From the IMG/VR virus record IMGVR_UViG_3300028840_002190: a stretch of 64,000 nucleotides of DNA. One strand, 5' to 3'. Positions 35,819-44,447 of this stretch are shown here, one piece after another. A model generated the notes under the pieces. The model was not told the DNA's origin. It searched no databases and saw only the letters and a program-made list of their open reading frames with translations. The first letter of the stretch is position 1, and the number at the start of each line of letters is the position of its first letter. The stretch comes from a virus. The translations under genes and the position numbers were made by a program.

Positions 35819-38785
35819 ATGCTCGATTGTAATCTCTGCGGACAGACCGCTTGGAAAGGCGAATCCTGTCCCGACTGTCCGATTTACCAACAAGAACACT
35901 ACATGGAAGGAGTCGGCACACAACAAAATGTCGACTTCTTCTGTGTAGCCGAGTCTCCTCACGTACCCGGCGTATCGAGTTCCCTCACAAAACACACTCC
36001 TTGGGGATTCGACGTAGAAGCTATCGTGAAACGGTCTGTTACAGACACGGTAGCCACTAAGAATCGTTACCGGCAATTGCGAGGACGCTTTTCGTACGCT
36101 GTCCGCTGCGCTGTCGACAAGCCTAACAAGAAGATACGAGAAGCCTGCTCGAAACTTTTCAAACCTGAGTTGTTAAAAGCTGCGAATCCTAAACGCCCCA
36201 TCATGATCTTTGCGCTAGGACCCGCGGTCCTCCAGTCCCTAGGGATTAAGGTCTCGGGGTACAAAAAACTCCAGGGCAGGCTCGTCGAAGCGACGCTCAG
36301 TGGACGCCGTGTCATCATCATGCCGTCATTATCTAAGCGACAACTTGCGGCAAATCCGGAGCACCACGAAATCCTGATGCGCCAACTGTACCAGTTCTTG
36401 GATGCAGTACTGGAAGTACGCGCGGGAAGATCCGTACAGATCATCACCCCTACGGACATGCTCATCCAAGACTACCGCTTCCCCAAATCCGTTCGTGCGG
36501 TCCAGAAACTCGTCGAAGAAGTAGTCGCCTACGCTCCTGAGGGGAGAAACCCCGATACGCACGTCATCTCAGTAGACACAGAAACTAACACCCTGTTTCC
36601 GCACCGCGAAAAGCTCAAGATTCTAACCTTCGTGTTCTCTTGGGGCCCTGGCTTAGCCGCTTCAATCCCTATCGAACACGACGAGAGTCCTCTGACATTG
36701 GCGGAAGTGGCCCCATATATCCAGCAGCTTCTCACGTGCCCTAAGCCTAAAGTTTTTCACAACGCCAAGTTCGACCTCAAAGTTTTACGACGTAAAGGGT
36801 GGGACGTAGAGAAGCTGGCTTGGGACACAATGCTAGCAGAACACCTTCTTGCTGAGGCCAAAAAGGGGTACTACGACCTGAAGTCCTTGACGCAGAGCTT
36901 CCTCCCTAAATACGGCGGATACGAAGACGAGATGCAAGCAGTTTACCGGAAGAGAGTCCTCGAGTACAAAGCGTCACTCGAACGAGACCCTAACGCCCCA
37001 AAATTGAAGGGTGCTGCTAAGAAGCTCGATGAAGACTACGGGTACGCCTTCGTCCCTCTTAAGAAGTTGAGCGTGTACGGGGCGATTGACGCTGACGTTA
37101 CTCGGCAACTTGCTCTCGTCCAGCGTAAGAGGATGCTCGCTGAACAGAAAGACCTGAACGCGCGTCGTCGAAAAATCAGTACGAACACGTACTTTGCAGC
37201 GCTAGCAGCTCCTGGCACGCCGGAGAAAGAGCCTCTCAAAGCGCTCATGTTTCAGCAACTCATCCCTGTCACGCGTACGTTAGCTCGGATGGAAGAGGTC
37301 GGGATGCGTGTCGACCGCCCATACGTCCTGGACCTCGACGAGAAGATGCGTAGGTCGGCACGTAACCTCTACGCAGAGTTGAAACTCATGCTCCCTAACG
37401 GAGTAGTCAACGAAGACTTCAACCCTAAAAGCGTGGCACAGTTACGACGGATCCTCTTCACAGCGGGTTACCTACACCCCAAAACAGGGCGGATGGTATG
37501 TCATACCGGAGAAATCCCTGATGAAGATATCCCGCGTACAGGCACGGGATTAATCTCTACGAACGCCAAGTTCTTGCGCGTGCTCAAAAACCAGTATGAC
37601 TGTCAGTTCTCAGACACCCTCTTGAAGTACCGCGCGATCACCAAAGCCCGAGACACTTTCGTACGTAACATCCTCGTACTGAGTGAAGAAGACGGGAGGA
37701 TGCACACCACCTTTAACATCCACGGAACAGCTACCGGAAGGCTAAGTTCCGTGGATGAGAACATGCAAAACATCCCCAAGAAGATCGGGGACCACAACCT
37801 CAAACAGTCGTTCATTCCAACTGACCCGGATACGCAAGTCATGATGAACGCTGATGCCAAGGCCGCAGAGGTGCGCCTCTACGCCGCATATAGTCGAGAT
37901 GAAAACCTGATTAGCGCTCTCAACGAAGGTCTGGACCCTCACAGCTTCTTCTCCTCTAGAGTCCTCAACCCCGCTACGATCCTGGAAGGTGTTCGGGCTT
38001 CCGAGAAATCTTCGGTCTTGGCGCTAGTCGGGATCGACGACGTACACGACTGGAGCTACGAAGATTTCCAAAAGCGTGGATACTATACGGGGACTGAGGA
38101 GGACCCAGGCCCTGACGTCGCTTACGGTCAACAGCTCGGTAAACTCCGGGGAAACATCAAACGGGTGGTCTTCGGCATCCTCTACGGAGCCGCACCTAAA
38201 AAGATCGCCAGTATTGTAGGGATCCCAGAAGCTCAAGCTGCTGCCATCATCGAATCCTTGTTCCGAATGTTCCCTACTATTCCAGAGTACATCTCGAAGA
38301 CTAAAGAGAAGATCCAGTACCTCGGGTGCGTAGAGACCTTCTTTGGAAGACGGCGCCGTTTCAACCTGCGCGGTATGACCTTCAAAATGCGCAACAAGGC
38401 TGAGCGGCAGGCTGTTAACATGCTGATCCAGAGTACGAGCTCAGAGATCATCATGAGGGTAATCACCGCGGTTGACGAACCCATACGTCACGACTTCGGA
38501 GGCAACTTGCTCATCACAGTTCACGACTCTCTTGTTGCGGAGATTCCCAAAAAGTACGTCCCTCAAATGAAAGACTTCATCACCGAATACGGAGTCAAGC
38601 GCGTCCGAGAGCTCTATCCGTGGCTGCCTGTCCCTTTCCTATGGGACGTGGAAGTAGGTCCCTCTTACGGACAACTTACTGACATAGATAAGTACCTGAA
38701 AGGGAACGTCCTCCCTGCTGACATTAGTGGCGACGATTACCTCGACCACGAAATCAAAAGCGACTTCGAAAACCTCGACTCCTAG
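35819..38785 (+). CDS. polA: Family A DNA polymerase with N-terminal UDG-like domain and 3'-5' exonuclease
   Basis: Exo: SVDTET, FHNAKFD, YGAIDAD. Pol: TATGRLSS, NMQNIP, NADAKAAEVRLYA (A), KRVVFGILYG (B), TVHDSLV (C). N-terminal C-x2-C-x7-C-x2-C...VAESP...YAVRC resembles family-4 UDG. Confidence 0.92.
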   Translation: MLDCNLCGQTAWKGESCPDCPIYQQEHYMEGVGTQQNVDFFCVAESPHVPGVSSSLTKHTPWGFDVEAIVKRSVTDTVATKNRYRQLRGRFSYAVRCAVDKPNKKIREACSKLFKPELLKAANPKRPIMIFALGPAVLQSLGIKVSGYKKLQGRLVEATLSGRRVIIMPSLSKRQLAANPEHHEILMRQLYQFLDAVLEVRAGRSVQIITPTDMLIQDYRFPKSVRAVQKLVEEVVAYAPEGRNPDTHVISVDTETNTLFPHREKLKILTFVFSWGPGLAASIPIEHDESPLTLAEVAPYIQQLLTCPKPKVFHNAKFDLKVLRRKGWDVEKLAWDTMLAEHLLAEAKKGYYDLKSLTQSFLPKYGGYEDEMQAVYRKRVLEYKASLERDPNAPKLKGAAKKLDEDYGYAFVPLKKLSVYGAIDADVTRQLALVQRKRMLAEQKDLNARRRKISTNTYFAALAAPGTPEKEPLKALMFQQLIPVTRTLARMEEVGMRVDRPYVLDLDEKMRRSARNLYAELKLMLPNGVVNEDFNPKSVAQLRRILFTAGYLHPKTGRMVCHTGEIPDEDIPRTGTGLISTNAKFLRVLKNQYDCQFSDTLLKYRAITKARDTFVRNILVLSEEDGRMHTTFNIHGTATGRLSSVDENMQNIPKKIGDHNLKQSFIPTDPDTQVMMNADAKAAEVRLYAAYSRDENLISALNEGLDPHSFFSSRVLNPATILEGVRASEKSSVLALVGIDDVHDWSYEDFQKRGYYTGTEEDPGPDVAYGQQLGKLRGNIKRVVFGILYGAAPKKIASIVGIPEAQAAAIIESLFRMFPTIPEYISKTKEKIQYLGCVETFFGRRRRFNLRGMTFKMRNKAERQAVNMLIQSTSSEIIMRVITAVDEPIRHDFGGNLLITVHDSLVAEIPKKYVPQMKDFITEYGVKRVRELYPWLPVPFLWDVEVGPSYGQLTDIDKYLKGNVLPADISGDDYLDHEIKSDFENLDS

Positions 38786-38796
38786 AGGTAAAAGAG

Positions 38797-39395
38797 TTTG
38801 GTACTGGCGTTTTTCCATACGCAGAAAAACAGAGGGAGTTACTCCCTCGCACGCTGCACGAGCTCGCGGTACGACCAGGGGTGTCACCGCCACAGCCCGA
38901 GCCGACCCACTGTGTGACCTGCGATCACACACGTGGCTCAAGCCGGGCTACGACGTGACTCCCACCTGACAGCAGTACCCCACGTTCGAGTGTCAGATGC
39001 CGCGCCAAGATTTCGGGACCGACTGGACGAACGACGAAATCTTAGCTGCCCATCTGACACTTTTCTCACTAGGAGGAAAGCAGTACCCCCTGTGAGTTCT
39101 TCGGAGATCCGAGGCCCTCTCCGCGGGAGATCTACGCGATGATCGGACGCTGCGTAGTCTCACCTCTGCGAGGGCCCGGATCTCCGATGAACATCCTAGC
39201 AGTACCTGTGTACCTGAGTTGGCCTCCTCATCCCGCTATCCGCTAAGATGAGGACCCCAACTCAAAGCCTAGCAGTACCATTTTTAGTGCCGGAAAACCG
39301 GGTATACCCCAGCCGGTGAGCTACACGCCGGACGCCTTCGTGTGTGGAACTGAGTGCTCTCGGTTCTGAGCAAGAACGACAGCATAGCGGCACTA
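38797..39395 (+). ncRNA. Putative retron-like msr/multi-msd array RNA: anti-repeat + two small stem-loops + five long hairpins separated by four short repeats
   Basis: Anti-repeat GGTACTG 38800-38806 followed by G38807. Stem-loops 38809-38830 and 38832-38848. Long hairpins 38876-38968, 38989-39061, 39101-39187, 39215-39264, 39285-39395. AGCAGTACC at 38971, 39079, 39198, 39271. Structure is seen directly; RNA expression and strand are inferred. Confidence 0.7.
38971..39279 (+). repeat. Four direct repeats AGCAGTACC (CCTAGCAGTACC in copies 3 and 4) with unique structured spacers
   Basis: Exact 9-mers at 38971-38979, 39079-39087, 39198-39206, 39271-39279; start-to-start spacing 108, 119, 73 nt. 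Confidence 0.92.
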
Positions 39396-40991
39396 CTCCT
39401 GCCAGAATTTGAAATCCTTGTTGATGACCTTCCACGCTAGCCACGCAAAGAGGCCAGCGTGGAGGCAGTCATCAGGCTTCTGGGGAGAATGGCGCCAAAC
39501 CTTCCGGTCATTCTGCGTGATGTCTTCGTACTCGTTCAAGATGTCGTTAATCGCGACCCGCATCTCCACCAACGGAGCCCACTCTACTTTCTTTTGCTTC
39601 AAGAGCATGAAGTAGTTGTCGATGAGAGTTGTGCGGTCACCCATGTAGCGGTCAATCTGGTTGAACTTCAAGGCTTTGGCCTGCATACCATACTGTACCT
39701 GGATCACTTTGTGGTGTCCGAGGTGTGTGCGCATGAGGTCATTAGCTAATGCCCCTTCACCTGCATCACCGCAGAACATAGAGACGTGGTACTGCTTGCA
39801 AGTGTATGCGATCTCTTCTACGGCGCTTACAGGGTTAGTTCCCGGGTATACCTTATAAAACAAGCACACGAGCTTCTGATCTCTAGGTCGCCAACCCCAG
39901 ATCCAAAGAACAGTCCTGGATACCCCAGAAGTCCCTCCCCCCGACCAATCAGCGCCCGCAACGATTTGTGTGATGTCCTTTAAGTGGTCTCGCGGGGGAT
40001 ACTGCTCCAGCTTTCTACCTGTGCACAACGCCTCAAGCTCTTCTTGAGAAAGTAAGCGGCTACCAATCTCGTCCGAAACACCCAAGACCTCATTCCGAAA
40101 AGTCGAAAGAGGGGCTTCTTCGTATTTCTGTAAGATTCGCGACCAGCGCTGCTCCGCAACTTGAATTTCGGATGTGGAACGTCCCGCCATTCTCATTGCA
40201 TGTGGGTTGTTACGCGGCATCATCGGCTGACTAATATGAAAACCCTGGAGTGTTTTACTCGGAGCCATATCCACCCATTGGCCATTGAAGGGGTTAAGCA
40301 ATTTTTTACATTTAGGACAGCCGGGGCCCTCTTTTTGGAGTATCTTCTCACTGTCAATGTACACGTAGTTATTACAGCCCTCGCACTTCATCACCCACTC
40401 AGTCTGGGTGCTGAGCTCCCAGAGGTACTGAATGGTATTCTCCATCGTCTTCGGAGTCCCGGCATACGTCTCATACGCGTAGTCAGACTCCGCCATCGTC
40501 TCGTTACCGACAGTGATGACAGGGTCATACAGAATATCCTGGACCTCGTCATACATGTTCCGGTCAGTGGAAGGCCCACGAAGACGTTCAGCATCATCAC
40601 ATCCGTAGGTGAAGAGCATCTCGCTGCCATTCGTGAACTGTTTGTGGAAGACGCGGTCTGCCAAGTCCGTTCGCAGAAACTTATCGTTGATAATTGGGGA
40701 ATAGCGCATCGTTTTACCGATACGCGTATTGGAAAACCGCGTCGTTTGCTCCTTGGAGGGGCTCACGAACATGGTAGAGAAGTGTGGTATAAGACTGCAC
40801 TCGATGATGGAGAAATTCGCTAGCGTAGTAGACTTCGCAACCTGGCGACTAGTCTTAAACAACGTACGCCGATAGCGCCCGTCATAGAACGCACGGTGCA
40901 TCGGCCAATCCGTCAAACGAAAAGGTTTCCCGTCGAGCATAATCCATGCTTCGGCGGTAACGGACAGTAGGGCTGAGCGGGAGTTGCTCAT
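39393..40991 (-). CDS. terL: Terminase large subunit
   Basis: LFKTSRQVAKST (Walker A variant), MYDEVQD (Walker B), YAGTPKT (motif C), CEGC...CPKC insertion, nuclease GADWSGG ... PDDCLHA. Confidence 0.88.
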   Translation of the reverse strand: MSNSRSALLSVTAEAWIMLDGKPFRLTDWPMHRAFYDGRYRRTLFKTSRQVAKSTTLANFSIIECSLIPHFSTMFVSPSKEQTTRFSNTRIGKTMRYSPIINDKFLRTDLADRVFHKQFTNGSEMLFTYGCDDAERLRGPSTDRNMYDEVQDILYDPVITVGNETMAESDYAYETYAGTPKTMENTIQYLWELSTQTEWVMKCEGCNNYVYIDSEKILQKEGPGCPKCKKLLNPFNGQWVDMAPSKTLQGFHISQPMMPRNNPHAMRMAGRSTSEIQVAEQRWSRILQKYEEAPLSTFRNEVLGVSDEIGSRLLSQEELEALCTGRKLEQYPPRDHLKDITQIVAGADWSGGGTSGVSRTVLWIWGWRPRDQKLVCLFYKVYPGTNPVSAVEEIAYTCKQYHVSMFCGDAGEGALANDLMRTHLGHHKVIQVQYGMQAKALKFNQIDRYMGDRTTLIDNYFMLLKQKKVEWAPLVEMRVAINDILNEYEDITQNDRKVWRHSPQKPDDCLHAGLFAWLAWKVINKDFKFWQE

Positions 40992-41011
40992 AACAAAGAG
41001 AGGTTAACAGC

Positions 41012-42262
41012 ATGGCACGAGGCAGGCAAGAAGAGAACCCGAACAAGCAGCTGCACTACGCCGAGAAGTACGACATCCCACGAGCTACCATCGCAGAGAT
41101 CCGGCAGCAGATCCTGCTCACCTGGCAGACCAAACAGCACCGCGGAGCTATCTGCGTGGTCGGTGAGGCAGGCATCGGCAAGTCCCAGATCGTCGCCCAG
41201 ATCGCGAGGGATGAAGGCGCGAGCATCTACGACATCAGGACCGCCCACTACGGTCTCGTGGGTACCGGCATCCCGAGCACTAAAGACTCCCCCGAGGGGT
41301 ACTTCGACCTGCTCGTCCCGTCGGTGTTCCCAAAGAAGGGTGAGAAGTCCATCATGCTGTTCGAGGAGATCAACCAGGGTCTTCAGCACAGCATCGCCAT
41401 GTTCTTCTCCCTCGTCGAGGACCGGAGGATGTTCAACTACTTCCTTCCGGATGAGGCCATCGTGGTCGCGCTGATGAACCCCGCAACGGCGCAATACGCC
41501 GTCACACAGCTCGAAAACAACGCAGCTCTCCGTCGGCGCCTGAAGTGGTTCTACGCACTGGAGTCGTTCAAGGACTGGGTCGAACACGCGTCCACCGACA
41601 GCTTCCACGAGAGCGACCGTTCCTGCTTCGACGATCACAAGGGGCGTCCATGCCATCCGGGAGTACTCGACTTCGTGAAGCAGTACCCCAAGAATCTGTA
41701 CGACAAGAAGGCGCAGGGAGAAGGCAAGCAGTACATGTGCCCCGCGACGGTCCAGACCGTCTCGCTGGACGCGTACATGCTCGAGAAGATGGACCTCCCC
41801 GTCGACAACGAGTTCGCCCTGTGCCGTTACGCATCCTCCGTGGGCACGCACATGGCGACGCAACTCGTCGAGCACCTCAAGGACAACCGCACCGCGGTTC
41901 GCGCCGACGACGTGGTCTCCGACTACAAGAAGCTCGCTCGCAAGCCGGTGCGCCTCCTCCTGCAGAAGTCGGAGCAGGAGAAGATCACCGAACTGAACAT
42001 CAACGTCCTGACGTACATGTTCAGCCTGCAGCCCGACGCAAAGGTAGCGGCGAAGAACTTCGTCATGTATCTCGAAGATCTGCCCAACGAGATGCGTGTC
42101 AGCCTGCTCTCGCAGCTGAAGAAGTTCGCAGACGAGAACAACGCCAACGACTACCTCTTCTCCCTGATGCGTCACGTCCAAACACACAAAAGCTGGATCA
42201 AGATCCACGCTAGCCTGGACGACGCGCAGACGGAGGTCGAGCGGGCCCTGCGCGGGAGCTGA
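41012..42262 (+). CDS. MoxR-like AAA+ ATPase
   Basis: VVGEAGIGKSQ (Walker A), IMLFEEINQG (Walker B), ALMNP, AALRRRL; strong GC3 bias. Confidence 0.82.
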   Translation: MARGRQEENPNKQLHYAEKYDIPRATIAEIRQQILLTWQTKQHRGAICVVGEAGIGKSQIVAQIARDEGASIYDIRTAHYGLVGTGIPSTKDSPEGYFDLLVPSVFPKKGEKSIMLFEEINQGLQHSIAMFFSLVEDRRMFNYFLPDEAIVVALMNPATAQYAVTQLENNAALRRRLKWFYALESFKDWVEHASTDSFHESDRSCFDDHKGRPCHPGVLDFVKQYPKNLYDKKAQGEGKQYMCPATVQTVSLDAYMLEKMDLPVDNEFALCRYASSVGTHMATQLVEHLKDNRTAVRADDVVSDYKKLARKPVRLLLQKSEQEKITELNINVLTYMFSLQPDAKVAAKNFVMYLEDLPNEMRVSLLSQLKKFADENNANDYLFSLMRHVQTHKSWIKIHASLDDAQTEVERALRGS

Positions 42263-42266
42263 GGCC

Positions 42267-42644
42267 GTGTCGCCGTATCTGTCCCTGGCGTGTGAGTTGC
42301 GCCAATCCAGAACCGAAGAAGAGTGGCGGAAGGACTCAGAGGAGATCCGGCAGAAGTGTCTCATCGCCGTTAAAGAAGTAATGACGGCACAGCCTGAGCC
42401 GGAAGAGATCATCTACGACTTGATCTGCCTCCTCCTCGTGCTTCCCGTCGCTGACCGCCTCCACATCCAACGCGCCTTCCGGCCTCTTGCTCAGAAGCTG
42501 GATTGCGTGGCCTACCTTTCGAACGTGTCTCGGGCTCTGCAGGAGACCGACGCCTGGGTGGATCTGAACATCCTGTCAGACAAGGGGCGTCGAAGCCTGC
42601 CTGACATGGGGCTGGAGATCAACCCGGAATTCAAACTCCCTTGA
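42267..42644 (+). CDS. Hypothetical protein
   Basis: 125 aa, GTG start 4 nt after the AAA+ stop. Confidence 0.55.
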   Translation: MSPYLSLACELRQSRTEEEWRKDSEEIRQKCLIAVKEVMTAQPEPEEIIYDLICLLLVLPVADRLHIQRAFRPLAQKLDCVAYLSNVSRALQETDAWVDLNILSDKGRRSLPDMGLEINPEFKLP

Positions 42645-43377
42645 GCTCTAGGAAGTCCTGTCCCATGGACTTAGCGGCGTCTTCCACAAAGACGTAGGTC
42701 CCTGCGAGCCGAGACAGGTTCACCCCAAGGGGGTTCTCCGCAAACTCAGTGTGCTGGAGAGCCCCCTTATCCAACCCCTCCCACGCCTTGCGGACTTCCT
42801 TCCGCAAATTTTTTGCTTCAGGAGGTTGCAAGTCTACGAGGTTATCCTCGGCAAAGGAGAGCTCCTCAGGAGTGGTGATGTAACCTGCGCGCTTCAAGCA
42901 AACAGCAACGTACTGCTGGACATCCTCATCGAACTCCGCGTCCCCCTTGCCCTCGGGATCCATCCTTCGGACAGCGTCTGCCTCGTAGACTGTCCACGCC
43001 ATTTCCGCAGGGTGACACTCCTGAATCGCATCGGGGTTACTAATATTCCCCACAAAAGCGTGGACAGTATTCTCGAACACAATGTGGTCCCAGAAGAATT
43101 GCGGGTTGACGATGAGGGCGATAACCGCCTGGAGCTTGTCACGGTTGACGAGGCTCAAGTCGAGACCGTCTTTCTCCATCGTTATCCAGAGAGTCTCCGG
43201 CTCCCAAGAAAGCATCTCCAAACCATAAACGTTGCGCGCCGCGGTGTAGAGAGATCCTGCGCTACGCTCATCCGTTGAACTCTTGAGAAATTCTAGAGAA
43301 CGCGCCCTAGAAGTCGCAGGAAGAGACTCCGGGATCGCAGCTACGCTACTTGCGAGTTTTTCTAAGAGTTCATTCAT
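42631..43377 (-). CDS. Putative virion protein (K-x-A motif)
   Basis: 248 aa, begins MNELLEKLASS; ATGA-coupled to upstream gene. Confidence 0.55.
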   Translation of the reverse strand: MNELLEKLASSVAAIPESLPATSRARSLEFLKSSTDERSAGSLYTAARNVYGLEMLSWEPETLWITMEKDGLDLSLVNRDKLQAVIALIVNPQFFWDHIVFENTVHAFVGNISNPDAIQECHPAEMAWTVYEADAVRRMDPEGKGDAEFDEDVQQYVAVCLKRAGYITTPEELSFAEDNLVDLQPPEAKNLRKEVRKAWEGLDKGALQHTEFAENPLGVNLSRLAGTYVFVEDAAKSMGQDFLELKGV

Positions 43378-44381
43378 ACGTAGGAGGAGAGTTGCTTTTG
43401 CGCAATGGCCTTCACGTCATCAGGAAGCGTGGGAAGAAGCTGCATCAAAGCTTCCGGGTTAACAGTCTCCCCGTCACTGGAAATCTCGGAAGCCACGTTA
43501 TCCCCCAGCAGGTCCTTCCAAAACGTAAGGGGAAGCGCCGCTAACTTCTGCTTATTGAGCATCATCCCGGTACCAAGCTCCAGAGTGTCCTCCGCAAGCT
43601 TCTCCGAATTGAAGACAGTCTGAATCGGATCTGGAAGCTTACGACCGTAAAGACGTGTAAGCCCGGCTTCCTTGTCCAGCTCGTGAATCGCGCTGGCTAA
43701 TTTAGTCTGAATCTCTCTGTCATGAAACTCAGGAGCAACACCCTCGAGTTCCTGGGATATTTTGTCAAACGCATCCGAGAAAACGGTGCCCCGAGTCACT
43801 TCCCTTCGCGCACCCAGCCAGTCTTTTAGGCGCTGAGTACTGGTAAGCGTAAAACCGGCCAGTTTCTCGGTAGAAGGATGTAATGTGACTCCAAATTCCT
43901 TTGCGAGTTTGCAAAGCTGGAACATCCCAGAAGCCCGATCCTCTACAGTAAGAGTCGGGTAAATCTCACGGATACGAGTTTCCGCCAACTTGACATCTTC
44001 CGCGGTCTTCACCAGGAAGCGCTGTTGTTCAGGAAATACGTAGCGCTCTTCCGCAGACGCAGTCTTCTCGGCGGACGCTACGTAGATGTCGTCGTCAAGC
44101 TCGTAGACTTCCGCCGCTTTCTCCAGCATCTCATCAACTTCGCGAGGAACCGCGGACGCAAGCTTTCGATAGCCCAAGGAAAGCGCCGCGTGCTCTCGCG
44201 TGTGTAACGGAAATCGACGCTGTCCCGGCCACGCAAACGAACTATCGGGGAGATCCGAAAACTCGTCTTCGTCGATGTTGGCAGTCTTGGCCACTTCTTG
44301 CAATGCAGGAAAGCGATCAAGAACCACTCGAAGATGGGCATAACCCGGGTCGCACGTTTGGTCGTAAAGTGTCGTTGTCAT
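43374..44381 (-). CDS. Putative virion protein (K-x-A rich), 335 aa
   Basis: Start re-called to ATG 44381 (MTTTLYDQ..., GAGGG RBS, promoter upstream); AKTAN, RKLAS, EKAAE, EKTAS, VKTAE, EKLAG. The longer 940-aa track ORF is antisense to the VWA gene. Confidence 0.65.
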   Translation of the reverse strand: MTTTLYDQTCDPGYAHLRVVLDRFPALQEVAKTANIDEDEFSDLPDSSFAWPGQRRFPLHTREHAALSLGYRKLASAVPREVDEMLEKAAEVYELDDDIYVASAEKTASAEERYVFPEQQRFLVKTAEDVKLAETRIREIYPTLTVEDRASGMFQLCKLAKEFGVTLHPSTEKLAGFTLTSTQRLKDWLGARREVTRGTVFSDAFDKISQELEGVAPEFHDREIQTKLASAIHELDKEAGLTRLYGRKLPDPIQTVFNSEKLAEDTLELGTGMMLNKQKLAALPLTFWKDLLGDNVASEISSDGETVNPEALMQLLPTLPDDVKAIAQKQLSSYV

Positions 44382-44418
44382 ATTGTCCCTCAAACCGCGT
44401 GGTAGTGAAACACACCTC

Positions 44419-44447
44419 ATTATACGGCAGGAGGAAATGGAATGCAA
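44419..44447 (-). promoter_or_regulatory. Sigma70 consensus promoter TTGCAT-N17-TATAAT
   Basis: Minus-strand -35 at 44447-44442 (overlapping the divergent VWA start codon), -10 at 44424-44419. Confidence 0.65.

Noticed and set aside
38913-38929. CRP/FNR-like box TGTGA...TCACA
   Set aside because: Spacer is 7 nt, not 6, and the palindrome is explained as the apex of hairpin H0.
38971-39279. Canonical CRISPR array
   Set aside because: Repeats are only 9-12 nt, spacers are 64-110 nt, variable and self-folding, and there is no cas1/cas2 or effector gene in the window. Kept as a retron-like array instead.
40988-42412. Long antisense ORFs (also 452-1366, 9019-10353, 30468-31622, 32861-33805)
   Set aside because: They lie opposite well-supported genes and arise from codon bias; no motifs.
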